A stretch of DNA of 64,000 bases, from sequence record MF158043. One strand, written 5' to 3'. Position numbers and translations under genes: made by a program. The notes beneath the pieces were generated by a model that was not told the DNA's origin, made no database searches, and saw nothing but the letters and a program-made list of their open reading frames with translations. The DNA is from Shigella phage Sf16. Below are positions 40,561-51,005 of the stretch, in pieces. Each line of letters begins with the position of its first letter. Position 1 is the first letter of the stretch.

Positions 40561-40859
40561 TGTCTCTTTCATGGTCTACAGACACAGTTGATGCTGACGG
40601 TAACCAGCTTAAAGTTTTACCACCTCCAGAAATTCAAGCCACTGGCCTATTAAGGGGTGAACCTATGGGTCGTCAGTGGTTTAACTATATTATCAACTAT
40701 TTGCTTAACAAAGTAAATGGTACGGTTGGAGAGGTTCGTTCATTTGCTACGGAGCAACCTGATTTAGTTTCCAATGGTTGGGAATTAATTGACACAGTAA
40801 CAGGAACTGCACCCACTAGCACGACTAACCTTTACACATACGAATATAAAGGGAGCTAA
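40560..40859 (+). CDS. hypothetical tail protein
   Basis: ORF track. Confidence 0.4.
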   Translation: MSLSWSTDTVDADGNQLKVLPPPEIQATGLLRGEPMGRQWFNYIINYLLNKVNGTVGEVRSFATEQPDLVSNGWELIDTVTGTAPTSTTNLYTYEYKGS

Positions 40860-40861
40860 TA

Positions 40862-42037
40862 ATGCCAGTCGGTGAAATTCAAATTAGTGCATTGCCTCAA
40901 GCCTCATTGCCTATTGATTTAAGTGATATCTTTCACCTTAAGCAAGGTATCGAGGATAAACGATGCACACTTGAGCAATTACTTGCTCCACACGCATCTT
41001 TAAGAAATAACCCACACGGTGTTACAAAGGTTCACGTAGAACTCGGTAATGTTGTTAACGCACTCCAATTAGTGGCTGCTAATAACTTGTCAGACGTGGT
41101 TAGTGTTGAAGAGGCTAGGCAGAACCTTAATATTCTATCAAGTGATGAAGTTAATGCCCTTATTCAGAATCACATTAATGACAAGAATAACCCTCACAAC
41201 ACTAACAAGATTCAAGTAGGTTTGTCTAATATTCAAAACTGGACATATTCAAACTCTTACTCTGAGGATGCTGATAAGTATGCTACTGCAAAAGCTGTGA
41301 ATGCTTTATACAGGGCTATCCAGAATAGCTATCCAATCGGTACTATTCATTTGTCAGTTAACCCTGCAAACCCATCTACATATTTACTTTGTGGTGGTAC
41401 TTGGGAGTTAGTTTCTAAAGGAAGGTCTCTTGTCGGTTATGACACAGATACAAGACCTGTAGAATCAGTATTTGGTTCTGCTACTGTAACACTTACACAA
41501 AATAACATTCCAAGTCACACACACTCTGTGTTGTTAACTGGTGGTGGACACTCCCACAATGCAACAGTAGTAATTTCTAGCTTTGACTATGGGACTAAGA
41601 GCACATCAAGTTTTGATTATGGCTCTAAGGCCACAAACGACTCTGGAAGCCACGCTCATAATGTTAATGGTTCTGTGAGTAGTGCTGGTAGTCACAGCCA
41701 CAGGATTCCATTGAGGGGTTCTGACAGGGGTGGTGTGAACGCTATTACGGCAACGGCTGATGCAGGTGTTGGTAATGCGTCATATACAGACTTTGATGGG
41801 GTTCACACACATACCTTCAACGTTAACTCTTCAGTTGGTGGTAACCACTCTCACAGTGTGTATATCGGAGCACATGGACACAGTGTTGCAATTGGTTCAC
41901 ATGGACACTCAGGTACTGTGACAGTTCAATCTTCTGAGCACACTCACTCAGGTACAACTGGTGCATTTGGTGCTGGACAAGCATTTAATATTGAGCAACC
42001 TTCTTATGTTGTATATGTTTGGAAGAGAACTGCGTAA
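40862..42037 (+). CDS. tail fiber protein with NPH repeats and C-terminal His-box motifs
   Basis: Repeated NNPHxxTK...LGNV; HSHNATV, GSHAHNV, GSHSHRI, GNHSHSV, HGHSV. Confidence 0.65.
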   Translation: MPVGEIQISALPQASLPIDLSDIFHLKQGIEDKRCTLEQLLAPHASLRNNPHGVTKVHVELGNVVNALQLVAANNLSDVVSVEEARQNLNILSSDEVNALIQNHINDKNNPHNTNKIQVGLSNIQNWTYSNSYSEDADKYATAKAVNALYRAIQNSYPIGTIHLSVNPANPSTYLLCGGTWELVSKGRSLVGYDTDTRPVESVFGSATVTLTQNNIPSHTHSVLLTGGGHSHNATVVISSFDYGTKSTSSFDYGSKATNDSGSHAHNVNGSVSSAGSHSHRIPLRGSDRGGVNAITATADAGVGNASYTDFDGVHTHTFNVNSSVGGNHSHSVYIGAHGHSVAIGSHGHSGTVTVQSSEHTHSGTTGAFGAGQAFNIEQPSYVVYVWKRTA

Positions 42038-42082
42038 TTATTTTATAAGGGGCTACACAGCCCCTAGAAAGAGGATTTATAA

Positions 42083-44461
42083 ATGGCTGAATATAAGCTA
42101 AGTGAGCTAAACAGTATTGATACAGTTCGCTCAGAAGATTTACTTCACCTAAGAATTATCAAAAGGTCTGATATGCTAGGTGATGAAGACCGTAAAATGA
42201 CCTATGCAAATTTCCTTGCCTCTTTCAAACTAGAAAGATTCTTACAACTAACTGGTGGGGATATGACAGGGAATCTTGGCATCGTCAAATTAAGATACGG
42301 TGGAAAAGACTTATTAGACCCAACAGGTTCTTCTGAGGTTATTCTCGGTGACACTGCCAAGACCTTTAGAATTAATGCAAGTGCTTTAAGATTAACTGTA
42401 AATGATGCCACAAGGTCTGCAACAGTTTATCACACACTTAATAAACCATCTCCTAATGAATTAGGTATGAGAACTAATACTGAAAATGATGCAAGATACG
42501 CTATGAAGGAAACTGAAAATACCTTCTTGGCAAGACAAATCATTAATATCAACGGTGTTGGTTTGACACTTAAAAGTATCTTACCAGATGGTGGAGCATA
42601 TATTGAAGCAAGAGACTCAAATAATGCTTTGAGATTCACAGTTGGTAACTTGACTTCTGGGACTGATGTTACATTAGTTAACAGCAAAGGTGCTACGTTG
42701 ACTCTTGGTACAAACTCTGTTAGTGTTGACAAGAACTTTGAAATCAATGGTCAGGTTCAGCCTAATAACTGGAACAACCTTGATGCAAGATTCTTTACAC
42801 AGACTGCTGCTGACCAGAGATTTGCAAGACTTAATGCAAGTAATAACTTTGTTGGGGTTAACAACTTCAACGGGAAGACTTATGTTATTGCAGATAGTAA
42901 TGCACTTAACTTAAGAGCGGCTTCAGAGAATGCTGCATTATTTATGCGTGGTTACAACAGTGCTGGGACAGGTGCTTGGTATGTGGGTCAACCAGATGGT
43001 ACGCAGTCTGAGATTGTTTTAGCAAACCAGATGACAAATGTTAACTTGAAAATTGCTACAGAGTTTTCATTTAACAAAGCTATTAATGTAACTGGTCAGG
43101 TAAAACCAAGTGACTTCGCAAACTTTGATACAAGATATGTTCCAAGCTCTTTAACAAACGTGCTTGCAAGAACTAATGCTGCAAACGTTTTTACTAACCC
43201 ACAAACTATTGTTACTACAGATGCGGCTTTCACATTGCAAAGTGGGACAGCTAATTCATCACTATATATTGTTGGTGCTAATGCAGATGGAAACAGACGT
43301 TGGTATGTTGGTAACGGTGAAGGTAGTAGACCAAACTCTCTGTTCCTGTACAACTACTCAAGCGGTGGTGTACAGTTAGAAATTGCTGATACTTTCATGT
43401 TTAATAGAAGCGTATCAGTATCTGGTCAGGTTCAGCCTACAGATTGGACAAACTTTGACTCAAGATACTACACACAATCTGCTGCAAACTCAAGATATAT
43501 GTTGTCTGGTGTATCTGGAACGGGAACCGAAGTCGGTGATGCAACAGGTATTGCTTGGAATGCAAAAACAGGTTTGTACAATGTTACCAACTCAACTGGT
43601 GGTTCGACTCACTTAGTTTACCAAATGTACCTTGGAATTGGCGCATCCACACCTTCTGCACAGCTTAAATTTAACTATAAGAATGGTGGAATCCACTATA
43701 GAACAGCAAGGGATGCTTTTGGTTTTGAAGAGGCTTGGGCTAAAATCTACACAGACCAAGACAAACCTACACCTTCCGAGATTGGTACTTACACCAAGGC
43801 TGAAGTAGACCAACGTATTGCTTCTGCTGTAACTGATTCTACAGACCTTAAAAAAGTGTATCCAGTTGGTATTGTGACGTTCTTTGCTTCTAATGTCAAC
43901 CCAAATACAGCTTTCCCAGGCACTACTTGGACTTACTTGACAGAAGGTGCAAACAGAACTATTAGAATCGGCTCTGCGAATGGCTCTGATGTGAAAGGTC
44001 TTGGGGGTGCTGATACGGTTGCATTAAGTGTTGGTCACATCCCTGCGCACACTCACGGATTCTCTGGAACGACTTCTTGGTTTGACTATGGTACTAAGTA
44101 CACAGATGCTCAGGGTGCTCACGACCATGACAGAGGTAACATGGAAATCTCTGGGGTGTTCGGGTGGTTCAGAAGTGATAATGCTGCATTCTATACTGCA
44201 AGTGGTGCTTTTGCAATGGGTGGTAGTCAGGCTTCTCATGGTTTCACTGGTTCTAACTTCACATATGGTGCTCCAGTTGATTTCTATGCTTCCAGAACTT
44301 GGACGGGTAGAACAAGCTGGGTAGGTGCTCATGCTCACGGTGTAGGTATTGGTGGACACAACCACACATTTAGTGGTGATACTGGTGCAACTGGTTCTGG
44401 TGCAGCATTCAGTGTTCTTAACACTTACATTAAATTAATGGCTTGGGTAAGAACTGCATAA
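42083..44461 (+). CDS. long tail fiber protein
   Basis: 792 aa; three internal ~110-aa repeats (…NNFNGKT…/…QVQP.DW.NFD.RY…); C-terminal HxH motifs similar to the preceding fiber. Confidence 0.7.
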   Translation: MAEYKLSELNSIDTVRSEDLLHLRIIKRSDMLGDEDRKMTYANFLASFKLERFLQLTGGDMTGNLGIVKLRYGGKDLLDPTGSSEVILGDTAKTFRINASALRLTVNDATRSATVYHTLNKPSPNELGMRTNTENDARYAMKETENTFLARQIININGVGLTLKSILPDGGAYIEARDSNNALRFTVGNLTSGTDVTLVNSKGATLTLGTNSVSVDKNFEINGQVQPNNWNNLDARFFTQTAADQRFARLNASNNFVGVNNFNGKTYVIADSNALNLRAASENAALFMRGYNSAGTGAWYVGQPDGTQSEIVLANQMTNVNLKIATEFSFNKAINVTGQVKPSDFANFDTRYVPSSLTNVLARTNAANVFTNPQTIVTTDAAFTLQSGTANSSLYIVGANADGNRRWYVGNGEGSRPNSLFLYNYSSGGVQLEIADTFMFNRSVSVSGQVQPTDWTNFDSRYYTQSAANSRYMLSGVSGTGTEVGDATGIAWNAKTGLYNVTNSTGGSTHLVYQMYLGIGASTPSAQLKFNYKNGGIHYRTARDAFGFEEAWAKIYTDQDKPTPSEIGTYTKAEVDQRIASAVTDSTDLKKVYPVGIVTFFASNVNPNTAFPGTTWTYLTEGANRTIRIGSANGSDVKGLGGADTVALSVGHIPAHTHGFSGTTSWFDYGTKYTDAQGAHDHDRGNMEISGVFGWFRSDNAAFYTASGAFAMGGSQASHGFTGSNFTYGAPVDFYASRTWTGRTSWVGAHAHGVGIGGHNHTFSGDTGATGSGAAFSVLNTYIKLMAWVRTA

Positions 44462-44547
44462 TTACCTTGTTGACTAACTGTCAAGATGGTGTTAATATTT
44501 CTTAGTAGGTATTCTCACCATCTTGGCTCAAGAAGTAAGGTGATTAA

Positions 44548-44742
44548 ATGCCAACCATTCTAGCAATCCTCATGAAAAACCTTGGGGCATTCTTTTGGAA
44601 GCTTCTTTTTTCTCTTCTCAGTGAATACATGATTGAAAAAGTGTTCTTTAAGCTTGCAAGATACCTTGCGAGTAAAACAGATACACCTATTGATGATGAA
44701 TTTGTAGATACCTTGGAAAAGGCTTTTAAAGGTGAGAAATAA
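44548..44742 (+). CDS. small membrane protein (holin-like candidate)
   Basis: Hydrophobic N-half; position. Confidence 0.3.
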   Translation: MPTILAILMKNLGAFFWKLLFSLLSEYMIEKVFFKLARYLASKTDTPIDDEFVDTLEKAFKGEK

Positions 44743-45116
44743 TGAAGTGGCTTGAAGATGCTTTTAAGAATAATATTGGTGCAATCGTTGTAGGTATTTT
44801 CAGTGTAATTGGTATGTACACTACAATGCAGGTCTCTGATGGTAAACAGGAAGTGTCTATCACAAATAAGTTACAGCAGTTGGATGGTTACTCAAAAGGT
44901 AACTATTCAGCTATTCGTGACTTACAATCTGATATGAAGCTCCTACAATTAGGGATGGAGAACCAGAAAGTTCAGCTAGAGAATGTTAAGGGAGAAAACG
45001 CTAAGTTGACTAAGACCCTTGATAAGTTCTCTGACAGTGTTAACAACTTAGCACAATCTGTATCAGCTTTGCAAGCAATTACAGAACAAAATACCCAAAG
45101 CACTAAAAAGAAATAA
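44742..45116 (+). CDS. membrane-anchored coiled-coil protein (i-spanin-like candidate)
   Basis: One N-terminal TM helix then coiled coil. Confidence 0.35.
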   Translation: MKWLEDAFKNNIGAIVVGIFSVIGMYTTMQVSDGKQEVSITNKLQQLDGYSKGNYSAIRDLQSDMKLLQLGMENQKVQLENVKGENAKLTKTLDKFSDSVNNLAQSVSALQAITEQNTQSTKKK

Positions 45117-45122
45117 TTCTAA

Positions 45123-45150
45123 GGCTCCTTTTTACGGGAGCCTTTTTGTT
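45123..45150. terminator. bidirectional rho-independent terminator
   Basis: GGCTCC-TTTTTAC-GGGAGCC with T-runs readable on both strands. Confidence 0.75.
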
Positions 45151-45151
45151 T

Positions 45152-46051
45152 CTACTTACCTACTGATAAAGGTGCTTCAATCTTACCAGCATGTTTATAC
45201 CCTTTCAATCCACCTAGGAAGTCATCTGCTGTCATATGTCTCAAATCTTCAAGGGACTTCAAATCTTGATGAATTTCAAACTTAGGTGCTGGAAACTCTT
45301 CATTGCCAAGAAGCTGAAAAACCTGCGACATATGGTTCTGATAGATTTGAGTATCACCATAAGTCCCTACCAGATATCGCGGTGTATATCCCGTCAGTTT
45401 ACACAATACTTCCAAGATAAAGGCATAGGAAGCAATGTTAAACGGTAACCCTAAGAACGTATCACAAGAGCGCTGATACCATTTCAAATCCACCTCATTA
45501 GTGTTCGAGATATAAATCTGAAAAAGTACATGGCAAGGTGCTAATGCCATAGAGTTACTTGAGATATCTGCTGCATTCCATGCGTTAACGAGCATGTAAC
45601 GGTCTGTAGGAGACTTTCTCATCTTCTCTACAAGATTACTCAACTGGTCTACAACAACGCCACCATGACCTTCGTAGGCTCTCCATTGGACCCCATAGAT
45701 TCTTCCTCCAGCGTCCTCCAGCCAATCATTCTCTGTAGCATAGGTTGTTTTCAACCAACGTTTAAAATCATCTGTCCAGATAGTCCAACGCTCTCCGTCG
45801 TTCTCTCCCCAAGTTCTGTAACGCAAATGACCTAGTTGGTTTTCACCGTTCATAAACCATAATGCTTCACCGAGGACTTGACGCATAAATGTTTGTTTTG
45901 AGGTGATTAATGGAAATCCACTACGCATATCAAAACGGAACTCAGGTGGAGCAAAGGTCGAAATCACTGAGCCAGTTCGGGTTTTACGCAACTCACCAAC
46001 TGATAAAACATGGTTTAAAATAGCTTTGTAGCTTACATCTGCTTGTGACAT
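45152..46051 (-). CDS. thyA: thymidylate synthase
   Basis: Active-site ALAPCHVLFQIY; ~300 aa. Confidence 0.9.
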   Translation of the reverse strand: MSQADVSYKAILNHVLSVGELRKTRTGSVISTFAPPEFRFDMRSGFPLITSKQTFMRQVLGEALWFMNGENQLGHLRYRTWGENDGERWTIWTDDFKRWLKTTYATENDWLEDAGGRIYGVQWRAYEGHGGVVVDQLSNLVEKMRKSPTDRYMLVNAWNAADISSNSMALAPCHVLFQIYISNTNEVDLKWYQRSCDTFLGLPFNIASYAFILEVLCKLTGYTPRYLVGTYGDTQIYQNHMSQVFQLLGNEEFPAPKFEIHQDLKSLEDLRHMTADDFLGGLKGYKHAGKIEAPLSVGK

Positions 46052-46052
46052 A

Positions 46053-46598
46053 TTAGAAAAGTCCTCTTACTTGTGGAACATAGGTATCAAACACTACAGA
46101 CTTGTCTTCTGAAGGTTTGGACTGTACTTTAGCAAATAAATCTGTGTCATACAAGTACTGGAAGAAACCCTCATAAGGTAGCTTGACAGTAGCCTCTTCA
46201 GTAACTTCTTTAATAACACTGTGGAAAACTACGTCAGCATACGGCAAAGCTGAGATTAAGATATTGGCTCCACCAATTACTAAAACATCTTCCTCAATAG
46301 AACTATCAATATACTTCAGGAAAGCCCCAAAAGCTTCAGGCTTAACTTTTGCTTTACAATGAGAGTCATCTTTAAAATCCAGACCATAAAAGTCAAGAGA
46401 GTTTGTCAAGACAAGGTTCTCACGGTTTGGCAAAGGTTTGCTACCAAGAGTCTTCCAAGTTTCGCTACCCATCAAGACTAACTGGTTAACAGTCTGCTTC
46501 TTAAACTCTGCCATATCTTGTTTATTACGAGGCCAAGGCATTCCAGTAGCTGTGCCAAACTCCCCGTTAATACCACTTGCAAAAATTAACTTAATCAT
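46053..46598 (-). CDS. dihydrofolate reductase
   Basis: N-terminal MIKLIFASGINGEFGTATGMPWP; adjacent to thyA. Confidence 0.8.
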   Translation of the reverse strand: MIKLIFASGINGEFGTATGMPWPRNKQDMAEFKKQTVNQLVLMGSETWKTLGSKPLPNRENLVLTNSLDFYGLDFKDDSHCKAKVKPEAFGAFLKYIDSSIEEDVLVIGGANILISALPYADVVFHSVIKEVTEEATVKLPYEGFFQYLYDTDLFAKVQSKPSEDKSVVFDTYVPQVRGLF

Positions 46599-46867
46599 TT
46601 TGTAAATCCTTTGATAATGAACCAGTTCAGAACACGCTTCACAATCCTGTTCGGATGGTAAACAAGGTGAGGTTGTGGTTCATAACTTCCATAAGCCCAA
46701 AAAGATAAAATCTTTCCACATCCACAGCAACGGGTGTACTCTTCAGCGATGTTACCAGAGACAATCTCTGAAACTTCACCTTGGAAGTTCTCACCTCCAC
46801 AATGGCAGCATTTAACTGGCTCACCATTATTCATGTAACACTGTGATACTCCGCTTAAGATTTTCAT
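46595..46867 (-). CDS. zinc-ribbon protein
   Basis: CCHCGG...CCGCGK cysteine clusters. Confidence 0.5.
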   Translation of the reverse strand: MKILSGVSQCYMNNGEPVKCCHCGGENFQGEVSEIVSGNIAEEYTRCCGCGKILSFWAYGSYEPQPHLVYHPNRIVKRVLNWFIIKGFTK

Positions 46868-47379
46868 TTTTTGTTTACCTTAAAAGTGCGTTCAAATTTT
46901 AGTATGAAATCAAGGTCATCAACTTCACTTGACAGGAAATCTTCAAAGTGTTTTGGAACAAAGTCTAAGAAACTCATAGAACCAAAGTCACCTGTCAGTT
47001 TGATAGTGCCTTGTTCACACTCAGCAGTTACTACATGACCACCTTCAGTCTGCTTAACAATCTCTACAATATCAGCTATAAAGATGTTTAGCAATGCTTT
47101 AAAGCTTCTTGGATACTGTGTATCTGAGTAGAGTTCAATACTTGGCTCCAGATTAACTTCAATAGAACGACTGTCACGTAGCTCTGGAGTAAATAAGTGA
47201 GCAGGAAGAACACACAAGGAATCAGCAGTGTCTTCATCAATGAACTCAATAGTTCCTGCATCATAGTTAGTATCAATCAAGAATGTCTTCTCAGTATGAT
47301 TTGTAGACTTCATATGCTCAGACAACATTGATTTCAAGAACTCTGCTTCAGGCTGGCAAAGGGTAATTCCAATTTTCAT
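46864..47379 (-). CDS. hypothetical protein
   Basis: ORF track. Confidence 0.5.
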   Translation of the reverse strand: MKIGITLCQPEAEFLKSMLSEHMKSTNHTEKTFLIDTNYDAGTIEFIDEDTADSLCVLPAHLFTPELRDSRSIEVNLEPSIELYSDTQYPRSFKALLNIFIADIVEIVKQTEGGHVVTAECEQGTIKLTGDFGSMSFLDFVPKHFEDFLSSEVDDLDFILKFERTFKVNKK

Positions 47380-47380
47380 G

Positions 47381-47884
47381 TTAAACCTCTACAAAAGTAT
47401 CTTTGTCATTATCATACTTGAAGAATTTTATACACTTTTGTGTATTCCAGTCAACCTTTTCATCATAAGCAATACCTTTTGCTACACGCTTTCCAATAGT
47501 CTGTGTAATGATTTCACGGAGCTTTACATACTCTTTCCAATCTCTTGAGCCAATAGTTATATTATATTTGTTATAACTATCAATTGCTTGTTCGTTATAG
47601 CGTATCTCCATAGGACTTGCAGGTTTGTACAGATGGGGTAGTAAATTCCAACCCATATGCCCCTCTTCTTTGGCTAGTTCTAGTTGGTGAAGATATTCAT
47701 TTAACCGTCCATCTTCCTCAAGCCACCTGTGAAGTGTCTGCAAGCCTAAGATGTTGTTGTTAAAGTGTGATGCACGTTTCACAGAGCCTAAATCACAACG
47801 ATAATCTGACTTTGGTAGTGACAGTATGCTGCCTTGCAATACACTGTACCCAAAGTATAAATCGAGTTTTAAGGGAAGAGACAT
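47381..47884 (-). CDS. hypothetical protein
   Basis: ORF track. Confidence 0.5.
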   Translation of the reverse strand: MSLPLKLDLYFGYSVLQGSILSLPKSDYRCDLGSVKRASHFNNNILGLQTLHRWLEEDGRLNEYLHQLELAKEEGHMGWNLLPHLYKPASPMEIRYNEQAIDSYNKYNITIGSRDWKEYVKLREIITQTIGKRVAKGIAYDEKVDWNTQKCIKFFKYDNDKDTFVEV

Positions 47885-48228
47885 TTGATATCCTCATTTT
47901 TAAACACAAAAGTTGTGTAGTTGTGACCGTCAACATCTAACCAGACAGCCTTGACTTCAACACCATCTAGGTTCTCTGACAACTCTTTGATGAAGTGGTC
48001 TCGTACCTTTTTGGCACTGGTGGTTTCAAGTTTGATGTTAGAGATTGCAGAGCCAATTGCCATATAACCTCTTACACGGTTTGCTTCAGTATGCTTCATA
48101 CCACCAGTTGTGTAAACCTCTTTCAAGGTCTCCAGAATTGCATTACCATAAAGCTTCTCTGCTGGAGTTGGTTTACTATAGAAGCCAATTGCAAAGTTAT
48201 CGTTAAAGATTGCATTTTCACGTTTCAT
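47869..48228 (-). CDS. hypothetical protein
   Basis: ORF track. Confidence 0.45.
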   Translation of the reverse strand: MKRENAIFNDNFAIGFYSKPTPAEKLYGNAILETLKEVYTTGGMKHTEANRVRGYMAIGSAISNIKLETTSAKKVRDHFIKELSENLDGVEVKAVWLDVDGHNYTTFVFKNEDIKCLFP

Positions 48229-48229
48229 A

Positions 48230-48529
48230 TTAATCTGCCAGCCTTAAGTTAAAATTTACACCAAGTTTTGTACAAGCATTAAGCATGTACTCTAAAGAAA
48301 TCTTTTGAGGGTCGTTAATGATATTTGATACACGACTCTGTGAGATTTCACAAACAGTTGCTACTTGAGCCTGAGAAAGTTTTAGCTTCTCAATCTCTTT
48401 AGAGAATCTGAAAGATACAAAGTCTTTCATCTCTTCTATATCCATTGGACAGACATAACTCTCCATTTCAGCCTCTCTATCAGCCTCCCAAGAATCTTGA
48501 GGTGCATATGGGTCAAAGACTTCATTCAT
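48230..48529 (-). CDS. helix-turn-helix (XRE-like) DNA-binding protein
   Basis: QVATVCEISQSRVSNII HTH-like segment. Confidence 0.5.
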   Translation of the reverse strand: MNEVFDPYAPQDSWEADREAEMESYVCPMDIEEMKDFVSFRFSKEIEKLKLSQAQVATVCEISQSRVSNIINDPQKISLEYMLNACTKLGVNFNLRLAD

Positions 48530-48725
48530 CTTTCTTTCTCCGTTTTCGAGAAGTGTCTATTAACGAATCAAGATTAGTTGCTCTGACGTTTTCACGAGTC
48601 CCATTAATGTAGTTATCTAAAGACTCTACAACGGTTGCAAAATCATTAGCCCAAACTCTGTAAATAACTACTCCGTCATCATCGACCACTTCACCATAGT
48701 CTGTTCTACAGATGTTCTTCCTCAT
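48522..48725 (-). CDS. hypothetical protein
   Basis: ORF track. Confidence 0.4.
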   Translation of the reverse strand: MRKNICRTDYGEVVDDDGVVIYRVWANDFATVVESLDNYINGTRENVRATNLDSLIDTSRKRRKKDE

Positions 48726-48727
48726 GA

Positions 48728-49108
48728 TTATAAACCCATGCAGTGACGATTTTCAATAAAGTATTGAACACCTTTGAAAGACTCACGCATAAAGTTGTCT
48801 TTCACATCTTCTACAGTCTCAATACCTTTGCTATCAAGAAGGTCAACGTTCTGAGTGACCATCTCATCTGCTAATCTGTCATAGTAATCTCCCATAAAAT
48901 GGTAGTTGTAGTCAACCATCTTATCAGTCATTTCTTGAACAGTCTGAGCAGACAACGGTTTAGTCAACTCTCCAGCATTTGAAGCGATTTTCTGTACAAT
49001 CTTACAAGATTCTAAAGCAACACCATTAAAGTTTGCTTCAGGCATCTTCATAGCTGCTGCACTAAAACTCATACCAAGAGCAACAATACCAACAAGTAAC
49101 TTTTTCAT
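48728..49108 (-). CDS. secreted protein with signal peptide
   Basis: N-terminal MKKLLVGIVALGMSFSAAA. Confidence 0.5.
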   Translation of the reverse strand: MKKLLVGIVALGMSFSAAAMKMPEANFNGVALESCKIVQKIASNAGELTKPLSAQTVQEMTDKMVDYNYHFMGDYYDRLADEMVTQNVDLLDSKGIETVEDVKDNFMRESFKGVQYFIENRHCMGL

Positions 49109-49349
49109 AACTACCTCCGAGGTTTCTGACGGGTTCCTATATAATTTTCTATATAGGTAGTATACCCGTCAGGTTACTCATGTCAACAACTTTATACTAA
49201 ATACATTCTAACTGCTGCATTCACTGCAAATGATAACAGAGTAAGGGCTAAGGCTGCTTTGTATGTTATACTTAACAGTTTACTTATGAAGTAAGATAAT
49301 GATAAAACAACAAAAACAAACAGGATAATTGTACTAAACATACTAACCT

Positions 49350-50450
49350 CTATTCATAGTCTCGAATTACTAGCCCAACAGGGAACTGTAAAGAACCCTT
49401 ACGAGTCATCTTCTGGAACTGAACCGTTAAAGGTTTCCCGATAAATTCTTCAGGATGTTCAGCAAGATACTGTTTCTTCTCGTGTGTAGTTTTCCATGAA
49501 ACATCTACAAAGACGTTAGGAAGAGTCTCTACAACGAACTTACCATGACCACGTTTATCAGTCTTTACACCAGTTACTTTAAATTCCTGTGTGTGCATCT
49601 TCTTGTGCTTAATCAGGAAGTAAGAGCGATGACCACACTCATAGAACGAATCTGGTGAGATTGACCGATACATTGCCCCTTCAAACTTGAGTTTAACCCA
49701 ATTGTCATGAGCATTATCAAATTCTTCCCAAGAGTTAACACGGATTGTCTGAACAGGTACAACCCTGCAAGCATCACCGAGTTCAACGATTGGTGAATTA
49801 TCAATAACTTCACGACGCTCAGGCCAAGATTTAGTCTTGTCACAGATATCATACCAGTAGAATTTAAGAAGGTGACGGTCTGGATTGTCAGCATTCTTAA
49901 TCATAGACACAATATCTTCCAAGTCCCAACCATGAGCATAAATCTCACCGTCGAAATCTTCAACATCTTTGTGCAGTTTCAGCATAAGAAGAACATCAGG
50001 AATCAACTCTACAGGAATGTTGTATACCGTGTTCTCACGAGAGTATGCTGTAAAACTTTCTGAGTCAGCATCTCTTGAAATCCTGCAACGAACCCCGTCA
50101 AGTTTAGGTTGAGCATCGGCAGGGAATACCAGATACTTCTTGTGACTTATCTTGGAAGCATCCTGAGCAAGCTGTACACCAACCTTCTCAACATTCTCTG
50201 CTTCAGACTTTGTGTAAGCATACCCTTTACGGTCAACCTGCTTCTTGTACTTAGCAGCAACTTCAAAGAGAGCTTGCTGTTCAGCATTACGCTCATTCTT
50301 CTTACCGATGTTCTTAGGTTCTGCTGTGTACTCTTCAAACATCATCTTGCCATTTTCTTTACCATAAGTTGTGACGACTTTATCACCTACAGCAACACAT
50401 GACCAGACGTTGAAAGAACCATCTTTATTTTGTTTGTACAGAATTGTCAT
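49350..50450 (-). CDS. ATP-dependent DNA ligase
   Basis: KLDG adenylation motif; ~366 aa. Confidence 0.8.
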   Translation of the reverse strand: MTILYKQNKDGSFNVWSCVAVGDKVVTTYGKENGKMMFEEYTAEPKNIGKKNERNAEQQALFEVAAKYKKQVDRKGYAYTKSEAENVEKVGVQLAQDASKISHKKYLVFPADAQPKLDGVRCRISRDADSESFTAYSRENTVYNIPVELIPDVLLMLKLHKDVEDFDGEIYAHGWDLEDIVSMIKNADNPDRHLLKFYWYDICDKTKSWPERREVIDNSPIVELGDACRVVPVQTIRVNSWEEFDNAHDNWVKLKFEGAMYRSISPDSFYECGHRSYFLIKHKKMHTQEFKVTGVKTDKRGHGKFVVETLPNVFVDVSWKTTHEKKQYLAEHPEEFIGKPLTVQFQKMTRKGSLQFPVGLVIRDYE

Positions 50451-50541
50451 TTATTACGTGCCTCACAAGCTAGACAACCTTTTGTGAAAAATGAGTGCCA
50501 AGAGCACCCTCCAAAATCTTCAGAGATGATACGTAAGACTC

Positions 50542-50799
50542 TCATTGCCACTTACCTTTTAAATACACATTTACAACTTGGTGGTCATAGCCATCTTTAA
50601 GTTTATGCTTGACCTCTTCAACTCTGTAGTTCCAATCATTAATCTCAACAGTCTCCCCTTCTCGTGGAATAACTGGATTGCGTTGAGCTACAGTCATAGT
50701 GCTGAAGATGTTTTCATACTTATAGATAAAGTTTACTAGAACCTGCATATCAATATCCTTCATCAAAAACTGTGGTGTGTGACTGACTATTCTTCCCAT
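50542..50799 (-). CDS. hypothetical protein
   Basis: ORF track; overlaps lipoprotein ORF. Confidence 0.4.
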   Translation of the reverse strand: MGRIVSHTPQFLMKDIDMQVLVNFIYKYENIFSTMTVAQRNPVIPREGETVEINDWNYRVEEVKHKLKDGYDHQVVNVYLKGKWQ

Positions 50800-50995
50800 A
50801 CTTGTAAGAAGTTGTCGTCTGAGAATTTGGGCAGCGAACTACAATAACATCTCTGCTAGTGGCATCACCATTAAGCTTGTAAATCTTACAGTCTTGCATT
50901 TCTGGAGGAAGTCTGTAAGAAGCATCCTTGTTCTCATAAGAAGGGTTGCACCCCACCAGTAGGACCGCTAAAGCTGGTATCAATAATTTTAACAT
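50750..50995 (-). CDS. lipoprotein (lipobox LVGC)
   Basis: MLKLLIPALAVLLVGC signal peptide with lipobox. Confidence 0.5.
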   Translation of the reverse strand: MLKLLIPALAVLLVGCNPSYENKDASYRLPPEMQDCKIYKLNGDATSRDVIVVRCPNSQTTTSYKYGKNSQSHTTVFDEGY

Positions 50996-51005
50996 TTTAA
51001 ACCTC

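Noticed and set aside
42202-44365. Multiple short ORFs on both strands inside the long tail fiber gene
   Set aside because: All nested within the 792-aa fiber ORF; repetitive sequence generates spurious frames
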